The notes: generated from the sequence alone by a model not told the origin. A DNA stretch of 63,761 bases, filler included, from Aduncisulcus paluster (GCA_024181965.1; 5 parts of 5 records of this genome joined end to end with filler, not necessarily neighbours in it); one strand, 5' to 3'. Counted from the first letter of the whole stretch, positions 46,818 to 61,259 are shown. Numbers and translations: made by a program.

Positions 46818-49800
46818 AACGAAATGGATGTAAGAGAGCGGATATGTTCAATTCCATCAAGCAGGGAGAATCTATCAGAGTTGGAGAGAGCAAAACCATC
46901 GTTGGACAAAGTGGAGGAGGAAATGGTTCTCAATGAAGCAACACTGAAAAGGGAAGGCGTGGAATCTGTTCTGTGCGTGTAATCAGGATTGTCTTCAGAA
47001 TCCACAAACATATCAGCGACACAGGCATGCAAGTTCTCATCGACGATCACTTGCTGACACGATGTTGAAGTTAAGCTTGAGTCATATCTGCACTCTTGCC
47101 CATACTCACACCCGCCAGAACATCCAAATGTACCATCGTTATTATCTGGGGAATAACAGTCGAAGGCATCGGCAGACGTGTATGACGTGTATGAATCACT
47201 GGCACACACAACATACCATGCACCAGACCCAGGTTTGGTTTCACTACAGACCTTGTTGGAAGCGATCGGAGTGCATGAGGAATCAGAGGTATATGCGATC
47301 GAAGAACAACCAGTAGAGTCGCACGTTTGATCAGTTGCAAGATCAGAACCAAGATCAAGACTGAACCCAGCCTCTCCATAATTGTGGAACTTATTACCAA
47401 GATCTTCGGTGGACTCAGAACCCATGCAGAGATTGTTGCCAACAACAGAGATGGTCATCAGGTTCGCCAAGGAATACAATGGGGAAAGGTCTGAAATGGA
47501 ACAGTTGGTACAGATAAACGTTTCAAGGGCAGACATTGAAGACAGTGGGAACAGATCAGAAATGGAACAGTTGTTACAGATAAACGTCTCGATGGTCGTC
47601 AAACCTTGCTCAACCAAGGGATATACAGACGAGATGTCACTATTGTTCGAAAGATTGATGGATGTCAGAGTGGATGAGGAAGATGATAGGTTAGGAATAG
47701 ATGTTAAACCGCCCATTCCTGTCAAGTTAAGTACTTCTAAATGTGTCATTTCAGTGAGTGTATCTTGAAGGTCATCGGGAAAAGAAATAAAATTGGACAA
47801 GGTCAAAGTCTTCACTGTTGATGCATTGATCGATGAAATGCGAGTGATCTCTTGGGAAGAAGAATTTGACGACAGTCCCATGGAAATTAGTTCCAGCGAT
47901 GTAAGATTATTTGCGCCGACCTGAACGTCGAAAGCCTCTTGAGTTATATTTGGAGTATTACTCATAAACAGAGATTTTATCGAAGAAGGCAACAATAGTG
48001 TTGTATTGGGGTCTTCTTCAAGAATAATGGAAGTGGAACTAATGCCAAGAGAATTGAGTGGAACTTGAGATAAATTTGGGAGGTTGGATAATAATAAATT
48101 GGAAGAAATATTTAATTTCTCAAGGTTGGTCAAAGTTGAGAATAATGAAAGATTTGAAAAATCCGCCAACAAATTATTCATTAAGTTGAACGATTTAATC
48201 GAACCAAGATGTTCAACTCCTGACAAATCAGAAATATGAGCACTCGGGCACCAAAGTCTTGGAAGAAATTCATCTGAGGAAAGATCATAAAGCGGAGTTA
48301 GGGTTTTCAAGGATGCAACACTGAAATGTGATAGAACTGAAGAATCTGATGAAAGAATTACATGATCATTGCTTTCAAACATTGTATTAGCAACACAAAA
48401 ATGCAGATTCGCATCGACGATCACTTGCTGACACAATGTTGAAGTTGAATTTGAATCATATCTGCACTCTTGTCCATACTCACACCCACCAGAACATCCA
48501 AATGTACCATCACCATTATCTGGGGAAATGCATGCAAATGTTGATGCATCGGTGTATGATGTGTATGAATCACTGGCACACACAACATGCCATGCGCCAG
48601 ACCCAGGTTTGGTCTCAGCACAGACCTTGTTGGCAGTGAGTGGAGTCGATCCAAGGTCACCAGAGGAACATATACAGTCTTGACCAGAAACATTCACATC
48701 TGCAGCAGAAAGAGAAAACTTATTTGCAAGGAAAGTCTCAATCACAGAATCACCATTATCACCACCACAGATATGATTATCGGACAAGTCAAGGCTGCTC
48801 CAAGAACCACTGCTGGACAAAGCATACAATGGGGAAGGATCAGAGATGTTACATCCAGATACATTCAGTGTTGTGAGAGAAGATAAATCAGCAGATACAA
48901 GAGGAAAAAGAGATGTTAATAGCAAATTCGAGCTAAATTTAATATTCTTTAATGAACTTGAATTCAAGAGATCAGGAATGGTCGTCAAGTTGCATCCGAA
49001 CACACTCAAAATCTCCAAATTTATCATGTCGGAGATAATTTCATTGAATGAATCCCCAATTGATAAGTTCCCAACTTTGAAGACAGTTAGTTTCTCTCTC
49101 TGAGCTTGTGTTAATGATTCTATTGATGATATTGTTTGTTGCTCCGATCCGCCAATTCTAATTTTTTCAAGATTTGATAAATGACCATATCCAATATTCT
49201 TATCAAAACCAGCAGTGTCAACATTTGAGTCATATAAGTATAGACTCTTAATGGAGGTTGGGAGAATAATACTAGTCGAAGGAAGGGCAAATGAAGTGGA
49301 GGTGATGGAGAACTGTTCGAGGGAACTGAGATTGGTTAAGTTGGGTAGATTATAATTCACCAAGTTTTTGCAATTTGTAATAATCAATTTTACCAGATTT
49401 GTCAATGTTGACAAAAGCTCAAGATTGGCAAGATCAGATGAAAAAACTCCATCAAATTAATGNNNNNNNNNNNNNNNNNNNNATAAATGACCATATCCAA
49501 TATTCTTATCAAAACCAGCAGTGTCAACATTTGAGTCATATAAGTATAGACTCTTAATGGAGGTTGGGAGAATAATACTAGTCGAAGGAAGGGCAAATGA
49601 AGTGGAGGTGATGGAGAACTGTTCGAGGGAACTGAGATTGGTTAAGTTGGGTAGATTATAATTCACCAAGTTTTTGCAATTTGTAATAATCAATTTTACC
49701 AGATTTGTCAATGTTGACAAAAGCTCAAGATTGGCAAGATCAGATGAAAAAACTCCATCAAATTCAATGGATTTGATTCCACCAAGATGTTCAATCCCAG

Positions 49801-52800
49801 AAAGATCTGAGATTGGCTGAGAAGTGTCTGTATACAATAATATATAAGAAAAATCATATTCATCAGGTCCAATTAACTCAGATTCAAGAGTTTTCAACGA
49901 AGCAACACTGAAAAGAGAAGGAATAGAATCTGTTCGATGGTCATGACTTGGATTTCCCTCAGAATCCACAAACATTTCTGCAACGAAATCATGCAAATAA
50001 TCATCAACAATTACTTGCTGACACAATGGTAAAGTTGAATCTGAATCATATCTGCATTCGTATCCATACTCACACCCTCCAGAACATCCATAAGAAAGAT
50101 CTATATTTTCAGTGACCACACACTCAAACTCCTCAGCAGATGTGTAAATGGCATATGAATCACTTGCACAGACAACATGCCACGAATTAGACCCAGGTTT
50201 TGTCTCATTACAGACAAAGTTATCGCCAAGCAAATATAGGCCGCTTGTGCTATCAAATCCATCACACCAGCATATTTGACCGGAATATTCAATATCTGTG
50301 AAGTAACTTGTGAGAATGGTGGATTCTGAATCTAAATTTAGACAAATATTATTATTATTTAGAACCAACTCGAGAGATTCTGTCCCATTAATGCCATGGG
50401 GATAAAGATAACTCACATCTGAAATCTGACATCCAGCACATTCAAAAAAGGTGAGCAAGGGCAATTGTGAAATGAAATATAAAGAATACGATGTAGTAGG
50501 AGTATTTGACATCAATAATTCCACAAGATAAAGAGGTAGAGTACCATCTTGAGTAATTGAATAATTTTCATTCGAAGATAAGTCAAGATGCTCCAGAATA
50601 GTAAACCGTGAAAAATCAGTGTTTGGGGCAATATCGATGTTGTTTAATTGCAAATTTGTGAGTTTTGAAGCCGGAATCCTCGAAATTTCACTTGCGGAAT
50701 TTTCTTCCCCAAAACTGCGTGATCCAGAATTTTCAATGACAAAAGTTTCCAAATTTGAAGCAAACTCAATTCCTTCGAAAGTGTAAACATCCATTGCGGT
50801 GAGTATGCTCAGACTTTGCATATTTTCTGGTGTTATTGAATCAAAAACGTTGCAATCAACAGCTGAAGAATTCAAAACAGTTTCACATATTGCGATTCTA
50901 AGGTTATCATCAGGAATATTTACATATTGGCATTCATTTCCTCTCAATCCAGGAGAACAACCGCATGTGACATTTGATGCACCACTCTCAAGAATGGGGA
51001 TTTTATAGTCGGACATTTCACAAACTCTCACTCGAAGTTGTCGATCTTCCTCTTCTTCGATGGCGGAACTATTAATAGAACATACCTCACCGAAATAATT
51101 CGACAAATTCAGTGTGGAATCTATGTTCTCGATGGAGGCAATGGATTCGAGAACATATCCTTTTGGACAAGCTTTGACACAACGCTTGAGATCAACATCA
51201 TAATAATACCCAAACCAACACTCGACCTGATATTGACCATCGGGTCTGGCTCGGCATGTTAAAAAGTGATATTGTTGCACAAATGAATCTGGAAAAGATG
51301 GCGTGAGAACGGAGGTATCATAAGAGGCGGTAAAATCAGCAAATCTTGAACAAACGCATTCAGATTGTTGATTATCAAATGAAATATTTCCATATTTAGA
51401 TTTGAGATAGTTTCCGATTATATTATCATCATCATTATCGTCTTTTTCAAGTCCACAGATATAATTGTTACTAATATCAATATTCATCGATATATTTTGA
51501 AAGAAATCGCAGTAAAAAAGGGAGGAAGAAAACTCCCCATCAGCAGCACTATCGTATGAATTCTCATTCACAAACAATAAAGAGATGTCAGAAATAGAAT
51601 TGTGAGAAAGATTCAAGTCACTGAAATTAAAATCAGTTGTGGTGACGTCCTTTGGATTAATCGGCGTCAAGTCCAGAATATCAAATAAGCTAGAAATCCC
51701 GCAATTGCTTGCGGAGAGTACACTAAGGCCAGAAGATTGTTTAGAGGTTTCTCTTGCCAGGATCTGGATAACCAGCTTATCGTACTCGGAGTTGGAATTG
51801 GTATCGCCACTCAAGTCATACCCATCAACAGTCAGAGACGTCAATGAAGTGGCATACTCAAGACCTTGCAGAGTTGTGATGGAATTCACAGAGGATAAAA
51901 GCATATCGGTTGCAATGGATGAGAGAGACAATGAGGAGGAAGGACAGGATAAAACACTTCGCATAGTAGCAACACTGATCACTCCATTAGTTTCAATATC
52001 AGAACTACCCAGACACCCATTCGTGGGGTCGGATAAATAAGCCCTAATATTATCATCATGGATAGTGTAACATGTAAGATCTTCAGTATCAACAGATCCA
52101 CTTGTCTTCGCAATGAATGCACATTCTTTAGCTGGTGTCTCAGCAGCGCTGTTGTACACTTCGTTCAGAACAATTGAAGGACATGACGAGTTAGTATTGG
52201 GATCACAGTAATAGTAACCACTGTTTAGAGGACAGCTATTCGGATATATATAATTCTGAGGAGTTGTAGTTAATCCATAAATTGCATGGAATGGGAAAAT
52301 ACTTTTCAAAAAATCATAGTAATCGGAGTCAGATTCTTTTCTGCAAATAGGATTTTGTTGGAAATCAGAATGGTTTGCAATCAAGTCCAAACTGAGATTG
52401 TATAATGAAATGTTACGATAAAATACTGAAATATCATAAAATATCACATTTCCACCTGCAATGTGAAGGTACTCCAAACGAATAAATTTCAAAAACCAGG
52501 GCATTTCATTTTCAATCAACAATTTCGGTGTCTCTGATTGGTTTGCATATAATTTTAGCACATGAAACTGTCTTAGGTTAGAAATTGGTTTATAAGTTGT
52601 GACAATGTTTTTATATGCCCCAAGTTCAATTCCTCCAACATTAAACAGATACTCAGCTCCCTCAAGAGAAGTGATCGTGTGAACTGTTAAGAGACTTCCA
52701 TCAGAATTTGTAAGAGTTCCTGCATTGTGATTGTTGATGGATGCGAGATCATAATCCGTGATATCCCAAGAATATGGCATAAGGGAGTACACGGGGGAGG

Positions 52801-55800
52801 GATCCGAGATGGTCTCATGTGGATCTGGAACGGGGAAAGTGGTTGAGACAGATGTATATTCTTCAATAATACATTCATATAGAGTATCTCTAAGAGATCG
52901 ATCGGGAATGAACACACTGTAACTCTCACTACAGACATACGACTTTCCTGGGATGACATAGTCACCATTTGCATCAAACGTGTACAGTGAATACCATCCA
53001 GAGCGGCACATGCAGTCAATGTTGGAAGATAACATATCATTATCTTGGATATAGCTATAACTATCGAATACAGTCATCATATTAGAGTTGAGGGGAGATG
53101 AACAAACTCGAAACCGATCAATATCGTTGTATTGATTACTTGCAAAAGTATTGCATGAATAACTACTCGGATATATTTCAGGATCACCAGAATAATCAGT
53201 ACTTGAACATTGTGCCACACATATCGGAATGTCATCTTCATACGTTAAAAAATACCCATCCCAACACTCCACGGCATAGTTGACAATAATATCGCCACCA
53301 TCAAGATTGGTATTATTATTATGCACGGGGCGGCATGTTTGGTGAGCAGCAAAATTCACAGGAGCAGAGCATGGACAGTCTTGATTAGTTATTGTGAGAT
53401 TCAATGTAGATTTAAATCCAAGAGTATTATCTTGTAGCATGGCAACAACTCCATCAACATCACAGATTTTGTTATTTGAAAGGTCCAGAGTCACCAAATC
53501 AGAAGATGAGCCACGAATGAACATTGGACTCGTCAACAACTCAGACACATCAGATATGGAATTGTTCGACAAATCAATATGTGTCAATCTAAATGGGTTT
53601 ACGGTTTCATAGGAAGAAATAGTAACTTGTCGGAGGTCTAAAATATCAGAAATCTTCGATATTCCACATCCACTTGCTGATAAGGATGACAACCCTGAGG
53701 AAAAGGAAGTATGGGCTGAGTCTGTGTTAATCACATGCTTAGACAAGATCTGGATAACCAACTTATCATACTCGGCATTATCGTTTATATTTCCACTCAA
53801 GTCATACCCGTCAATGGTCAAAGAGGTCAATCCAACAAGAGTACCATCCGAATCAATGCCCTGAGCATACTCAAGACCTTGCAGAGTCGTAATGGAATTC
53901 ACAGATACGATGGAAGTGAAAGAAACAACTTCAGAAAGCGACAAAGTTGAGCAGGAAAACTTTGAACGCATAGTAGCAACACTAATTATACCACTTGATT
54001 CAAGAGAAGCTTCGCCGTTTAGAATACACTCATTTATCAGGTAGTTTCTCAGATTGTCATCATGAACAGTGAAACATTGAAGTTCACCAGTAATCGACGA
54101 AATTGCTGGTTTAGAAATGTAATTACATTCCTTATAACCTCCAGCATTGAGATTATTCCAAGAATACGGAGTGAAGATCTCATTTCGTGCCAATGATGGA
54201 CATTCGGACTGTCCAGATATCGAAGGATCACAGTTATGTGCCAATTCATCAACTCCATCAGTATAATATCCATCAGTTATGCTATTTATAGGACATAAGT
54301 TTCTCAATAGGTGAGAAGATCCGTTGATATCAGTCGAAGATGAATCCATGTATATACAAGGGAATACTTGACCAAAAAATGTATTTCTCGATCCCGTCGT
54401 TGAAAAATCGACAAGTAGATCATCAGGATCTTCTGAATAACACATAGGAATCCCAATGGCATTGGTAACTGACGGCAAATTGGGAGTATAATTATGTACA
54501 CTGAGAAAGATCATTCCGATATTCCTATACAGCACCGAAATATCATTCAATTTAGAGTTTCCATACACTTTCATAGAGGTTAATCTGTGCATTTTTACAA
54601 GAGAAGAACTAAAATCCTCCATATTCATCAAATAACGGCCATTATCATTGAATAAATTGAGAGACACTATTTGATTAGTATTAGAAATGGGTGATAAAGA
54701 GGTGAAAATAGGAAGGTTATATATGTTAAAGGTATTTAACATGGGATGCAACAAATATTGTAACCCATCAAGGTCTTCTATAATTGGGTCAAAACCAGCA
54801 CTGCTGATGGCAGACGGTAACTGAGAAATATCCATGATATGGGTCGAAGAACTATCGATATTGCCACGATTTATACTCATAAATTCCAACTCAGAGAGAT
54901 CACATTCATAATCGGTGTTACCGACTAGATAGGAACAAATAAGAGCTCGAAGAGAATCGTCAGGAATAGTTAATTGGTATCCGTCAAGATTTGAGGCTAA
55001 TTCCTCAAAAAAAGGTGTTATAAATGTAGAATTTAAACCAGTGGATTCGAAAAAAGATGGATCGAATTGGTCTTTGTCTGGAGGATAATGGTCAATATCC
55101 TCGACATTCTCAAAATTATATTTGTATATTTCAGTGTCAAATCCTTCAATGTTGAAATTGTTTACATTATTTACACTGTTATTGACACGGATAATATTAG
55201 AATCATGCAATAGACGCAAATTATAATTAGAATCTAGATCAAAATTTGACTGTTTGAAGTTCATGTTTAAAACATTCTCAACATTTTTATCCTCGTCTAA
55301 ATATTGACTAAAAATAGAATTTAATTCAACGCAAGCAACAAATAGACCAATTCCTGTCGTTTTTGTTGAATTAATAGATGAAAGATTGCGAGAAGAAACA
55401 GAAGAGGAAATATTATCATGTAAATGATCAAAATAAGGTATTATCAATAAGATTAATATAAAAGTAAATGAAAATGAGTCAAGTAATCTATTATTTCGGT
55501 CCATTTTCCTTCTTCTGATCGTTTTTTTCGAAGTCAATGAAAATAACCGAAATATAGTCGACATTAATTGTGAAATGGTAAAAGTCAGATTCTTGACACA
55601 TGAAAAAAGGTAAAAATGGACATTTTCTATCCTTTTGCGAAAGTTTCTTTCTGATATAATAATTATATAACTAAAAATCCATAAGATAGGATTGAAGGGA
55701 TGACGAAAACGAGCGGTTATAGGGCAAAAATATTCAATTAGCGAGAAAATAGATGTTATAATAAAAGAGAGTGGCATATTTCTTGAAGAAATTCCTTGCA

Positions 55801-56062
55801 AATAACTAGAAAAGGGGAAAGGGGGAGATATTCGAGATTTTACAACATCTATTAGAATATAAAGGAAACTACGAACAATAATTATCCATCTTATGGTGTC
55901 TACAATTGATAAATAGTTGAAAACTCGATATAAACTGGTTTGGAGTGGGATAGGGTAAGACGAATCCATCAGAAGAAAATTGAGATAAGAATAGCTAGTT
56001 TTGTTCATATCAAAATTGTTAAATATCTTTTGGGAATAAATGACTTTGAATATGGCGACCAA
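46818..56062 (-). CDS. Giant modular leucine-rich-repeat and Cys-rich (EGF-like) surface protein (>2,800 aa), split by a gap-flank duplication at ~49180-49760; start uncertain (possibly ATG 55504); 3' truncated
   Basis: LRRs (LTHIDLSNNSISDVSEL, LEKLNISSNLLLSNLPNL), IPD.NLR..IC caps, ITTLQGLEYATSLTSL, Cys cassettes GCSGGCEYGQECRYDS, and hydrophobic FSFTFILILLIIPYF after MDRNNRLL. Confidence 0.9.
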
Positions 56063-56232
56063 GAAGATGTTTTATTATTTGGTTGTTATTGAAGGCTTAA
56101 AATCAGGTATAAATGGCAAAAAGAAAATTTAAAATAGAATTAATGATTATTACACTGATTATTTTTCATCTATGACTTCTATTGCTCATCAATAGTTTTT
56201 ATAGGTTTTTATCCGTCATTTGGGTGGTTTTT

Positions 56233-56953
56233 GAGTGCGACATCTTGACACTATCATTTCTGATGATTTCAAAGAGTTGATAAAGATGTTATGAAGCACA
56301 AGTCGAAAGATCGCAAGGATGGAGTTTCCTTCAGCGATCATTTTAAGGTTACAAACAACTCCGCCACTCATGCTGTTCGTTCTGCCTTTGATAGTAAGAT
56401 GGACACTTTCAAGAAAGCCAGAAATGACCTTCTCTTAGACCGCGAGCGACATCGAAATCGATCGTCCAACTCGGTTTCTCTGCAGCAAGAGGCTGAAAGG
56501 ATATTCTGTGATCAACAGGGACGCTTAAATGTTACCCCTATCTCTCTGTCGATCACTGGAGTATTCCACCCCAGTTCCCTCAACTTCCTCCTTGCCTTCT
56601 CTAGGGCTTATGGAAACAAGACGAAAATGCACCTCTGATGGACACTCTGTGTTCATGAAGCCCCTAAAATTCTTCTTTCCTAAGGCTATTGCCATTAGTA
56701 AGAGGATGGCACATGCCCATTTGACAACGTCTCTGGGTCGTGTTGCTAACGGAGGCTTCTGTGCTTCGTCTCGGAAGTAAAAAGGATGAAGTAATGATGG
56801 GCTGGTGGTGACAGTCTGATACTGCAGTACTCTCAGTTCCCTGACCTCTAATGTTACCCCGATGTGATTACTTTCAGTAATTACCAATCTCGATTCACAG
56901 CATCCTTGAATAATCACCATTATACTTTATTGAACAATACTTGCATTCTCTAC
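56233..56953 (+). mobile_element. 5'-truncated RLE-type non-LTR retrotransposon with 24-bp target-site duplication
   Basis: Flanked by TTATCCGTCATTTGGGT(G/A)GTTTTT at 56209-56232 and 56954-56977. Encodes AVRSAFDSKMDTF...NVTPISLSITGVFHPSSLNFL..F...YG, then frameshifts into SDGHSVFMKPLK...RVANGGF, parallel to the 19155 element. Confidence 0.75.
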
Positions 56954-59801
56954 TTATCCGTCATTTGGGTAGTTTTTCGATTTTCGATTGGCACCTTATT
57001 TTGGATTATTATTTTTGATGAAATGTTTTATGGTTGTCCTAAAATGGAAGCGTCATGCCCCACGGGGAAACATGTTTAAATGACGTGGATCGTCTACTAT
57101 ACCCGTGTTGTTCCACATAAAAGTTCACTCAAATTTTGAGATTTTATTTCGGAATTATTTTGATTATACAATACAAGCTCTTTAATACAACACTATTCCT
57201 TCACAATTTGAGTTGTGATCTCAGTCACATTGGAGCAAAGTCCAGGTTTGAAGGAAAGATCTGAGTTGAATGATTTCTCATATCCAACTCTTGGTCCTTC
57301 TATCTTTGGTATCTTAAACTTTTGGCATTCATATCATAATTCACTGAGTTCGGTTGGCAGCTGAATAATCTTTAGGATTACATTTTCTGTAAGTTCATTA
57401 TCTTCATTGTATTATATACAGTGCGATAATATACGATATCTCTTTGCCTCTCATCATTTTACCTTTGTACTCACAACACATTTCACAACCAATTTCTTCA
57501 CACAGACAAGAATCTGTTTGATCAAAGTTGGAATAATTAGATTTTATCTGAATCATGAAAATGAATTGTAATGCTAAGGAACCATGGTTGTTTTGAAGGA
57601 TGGTGGAAGTCTAAGTACCAGAGAGGTTGATGTGAGTGATGGAGTAGACATTGAAGGATTGTTTAGCGAATAAAAGAGAGCTGGGTGGACAACGAATGAG
57701 TTTCTGAAACATGAAAATGAATTTTTAATGCTAATACTCATCCATGATGCACATTCATGAGTCATGATAGTATGTCATGTTATTGACCGTATTGAAATAA
57801 ATATCCTTGTGGGGATATTGGAATTGAACCATAAATTGGAACATGCCTTTTGAGAAACTTAAATTATGAAAATATCGTGTGGAATGGCAACCAGTGACGA
57901 ACATTACGACATTCGTGAATACTTCAAGTATAACAAGTTGTTGATTATCATTATTGATTTGCGATAGCAGAATTCAGAATAGATGAGGCAAATATAATAT
58001 AATAGAATCTCACACACAGCCATATATAATTAATATCGTCATCTCCCATTTCATCGAGTGAATGACTCAGTGTATCTGAATACACAATCTCCTGAAATGG
58101 AAAATGAAAAATAACAGGAAATCCAATACTGGTTATTATTAGAAATCCAATTCACTCAATAATACATTTAAGGAAAATGGTATAAGCATTATTCCAATCA
58201 ATAATATTAATAACTCGAAAAATATAAACTTAGAAAAGGCAACATCTTATAGCCCCAATTGAATGGATTATAAAAAGATAATGGATTTAGAATATATTTG
58301 AAACCATAATCAAAGCAATTTTATCATTGTTTATGAAAAATACCAGAACTGTATCACTATCAAAATCATCAAAAGGCATCATTTGATAATGATACGCCCA
58401 GTGTAAAATAAGATGTATTTACAATGATAAAAATACAAATACGTCAAAGAACTGCCAAGACAACGAATATCTTACACAAAATTCATACTCCATTCAGAAA
58501 GTGATCCCTTGAATTTGATTGACCATTTTGACTTTGAAAAAAAAGGTGAAATGAACCCTGTTATACAAACGACATAACAATATTTTATCAAAATGTTTTC
58601 TGTATAGTGAGATAATGCCAATTTTTTACTGGGAATCATTGAACTAGAGCGAGTAACCAAAAGATCTTGAAATCTAGCAATAGATGCAAAATTCACACAA
58701 TACCGATGAAATTGATATTTTAGTTGAAATATAGAATGATTAATCACATCAATGTTATCGTGGATGTCCTTGATTTTGTGGTTAATGTTTCCAGAATCTC
58801 AGTTTCTTGTACAAGGCTCAGTTTGATTTACTTCCCCAAAATATCCTTCTTTTTCATTCAAAATATCCTATAAACACAATTAAACCACGATTTAAAATGC
58901 GATCCCTTGTCTTCCCCGATCTCTTCTTTGTTTTCATATTCTCCCTGTAAATTCCACATTAAATGGTCATTATCCCGACAAATATGAAGTTAAAATGTCA
59001 TATATCCGGAAGAATTAGATAAGAATTATTCATAGGCCATGGGGTTTTCGTGTGAAATGGATTTTGATATAGTATCGATTATTTCGCTCTTAATTCTCAA
59101 TAATTCCAATTAAAATAATCAGCGTGGCGTTATTAATATCGGGAATTATCCTCAATATTTTTACTATCCTCATGGGAAAATATTGCTCTCAATAAATCCG
59201 ACTCTTGGGGGTCCTCAGAACAGGAAAAAAAATTTTTTCCAAGAAACAATTTTATATTGGCCAAATTGATTATTTTCCCAATATAAAAAATTCAAACAGA
59301 TATTACCGAGTCGAATCTAAATTTCAGTAATAACTACCGATTTCTTCCGATAATTTATTTTTCAAAATCATAATATCAACAAATTTGTACAATATTATGG
59401 CTTTTCTTTGTGATTCGACCTCACATTTTGTTAAGGTTATGTCCAATGAACACCCTTTTCGTAACTCCAAGGTGCTCGACAACGAACACCCAAAGTTCCA
59501 TGTATTCCTGTTTTTGTGATATTATTTGTTGTTTTATCCTTGGATTCTGCATCCCCAATCTTGTTTCTGTTCCATCAAATCCAAATCCATCCACCTCATT
59601 CATAACCACCTGCCAAGCTCAACGACCTTTGTTAATCCTGATGTACTACCAATAGGCAATCTTAATGCCATGAATATTAAAACTCCTCAGAGTGCAACAA
59701 TCACCCTGGCCTGGCCACTTGTCCTCATAGATCTGTTGCCTTGCTGTTGGTGGGAATAATCGTGTTCTTGAAGGGCAAGGAAATTCATCTTCAAGTTGAC
59801 A

Positions 59802-60599
59802 ATGCGTGCCATCTTAATAATCATGATTGTTTTATCCTCCACTTCCTCATTTGTTCTAGCCGAGGACTCACAAACATGTGAGTGTGATGAGCATGAGATC
59901 TGCACAATATCCGGAGAGTGTGTGTGCGCAGACGATTGGTACATGTCTCCCCTTGGGTATTGCATCTACGACTCGACCGGTGCGTGTTCTGGGTGTGGTT
60001 CCACAGGTAGCTATGGAACGTGTGAGTTTGTGACGTCCGACACTGAGATGTCATGTGAGTGTGAGGACGATTGGTATGGAATTTCATGCACGAGCGCTTG
60101 CCCTGTTCCAAATGGAGTGTGTTCCAACCATGGGTCTTGCAACGATTCCGAGCACATCTGCGAGTGTGACTCTGGCTATAGTGGTGATGCATGCTCGACT
60201 CTGGTTGTGACGTACTCATCTGATTGTGCGCGTTCCTTCACCATCGAAGATCACATGACGTGTCAAGAAGTGTCCTCCGGGCGTTATGCTGCGGAGTGTG
60301 ACGATGGGTACTATTATGACGAGGCGTCCTATTCGTGTGTGGAAGATACCTTATCTCAGTGTTCGTCGTACATTGATGGGCACCGCATGTGTGTTCTTCC
60401 CGATGATGGATCGACCGCTCCTTCCCTCGGGTGTCGATCTGTGTGGTATGGAGACGAGTGTGATGACATGTATTCCGTGCATATCCCCGACAAGGTGTTT
60501 AGAGGAAAGGTGTGTGACGCTGCAGGATACGGCGATACCCAGTGTGATATCACCGAGTTCGAGATGGCCGGTCTTACTGGACAACTTGACGTTTATGAC
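59802..60599 (+). CDS. Secreted or surface EGF-like Cys-rich protein of the same family as the giant LRR protein, 3' truncated
   Basis: Signal peptide MRAILIIMIVLSSTSSFVLA; EGF repeat CSNHGSCNDSEHICECDSGYSGDAC; family motifs YAAECDDGYYYD, CRSVWYG and VHIPDKVFRGKVC...DITEFEM. Confidence 0.9.
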
Positions 60600-60699
60600 N
60601 NNNNNNNNNNNNNNNNNNNNNNNNNNNNNNNNNNNNNNNNNNNTTAATTAATTAANNNNNNNNNNNNNNNNNNNNNNNNNNNNNNNNNNNNNNNNNNNN
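60600..60699. other. Artificial scaffold-joining linker
   Basis: N44-TTAATTAATTAA-N44. Confidence 0.97.
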
Positions 60700-61259
60700 T
60701 ACTACGTCCGTCGATTCCACAGAATCCAAGTCCAACTCTCATTCCGACCCCCTTGACTTGTTCCACTCCTTCCGCGAATCCTTCTCTCAGATGTCGTCTC
60801 TGATGGATTCCTTGTTCTCCGGTGCTGGCATGTTTCCTTTCGCCCACTCCATGCGGTCTCGTCCCTCAGCCCCCAAGAATGGTGAGCCTGCATCCACCGA
60901 AGAAGATTGTTCCTGATCATACTACGTCCGTCGATTCCACAGAATCCAAGTCCAACTCTCATTCCGACCCCCTTGACTTGTTCCACTCCTTCCGCGAATC
61001 CTTCTCTCAGATGTCGTCTCTGATGGATTCCTTGTTCTCCGGTGCTGGCATGTTTCCTTTCGCCCACTCCATGCGGTCTCGTCCCTCAGCCCCCAAGAAT
61101 GGTGAGCCTGCATCCACCACCCCCGCTGCTGAGAATGTCTCCTCCGAAACACCATCTTGCATTCACACGGCATCTGCTGAAGAGCAAGGTCCATCCGAGT
61201 CTCAGAGCTCTGACGACGACAAAGAAGTGACCGTAGGAGAGGAGGAAGAGGACGAGTGA
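60700..61259 (+). CDS. C-terminal fragment of a hypothetical protein with an acidic tail; contains a 220-bp-offset duplication (60700-60897 = 60920-61117)
   Basis: Reads DPLDLFHSFRESFSQMSSLMDSLFSG...GEEEEDE, TGA at 61257-61259; GC-richer, coding-like composition. Confidence 0.65.

Noticed and set aside
49181..49760. Real internal duplication or two separate LRR genes
   Set aside because: Exact overlap either side of a 20-N gap, the same artefact as at 18145, 27286 and 40524.
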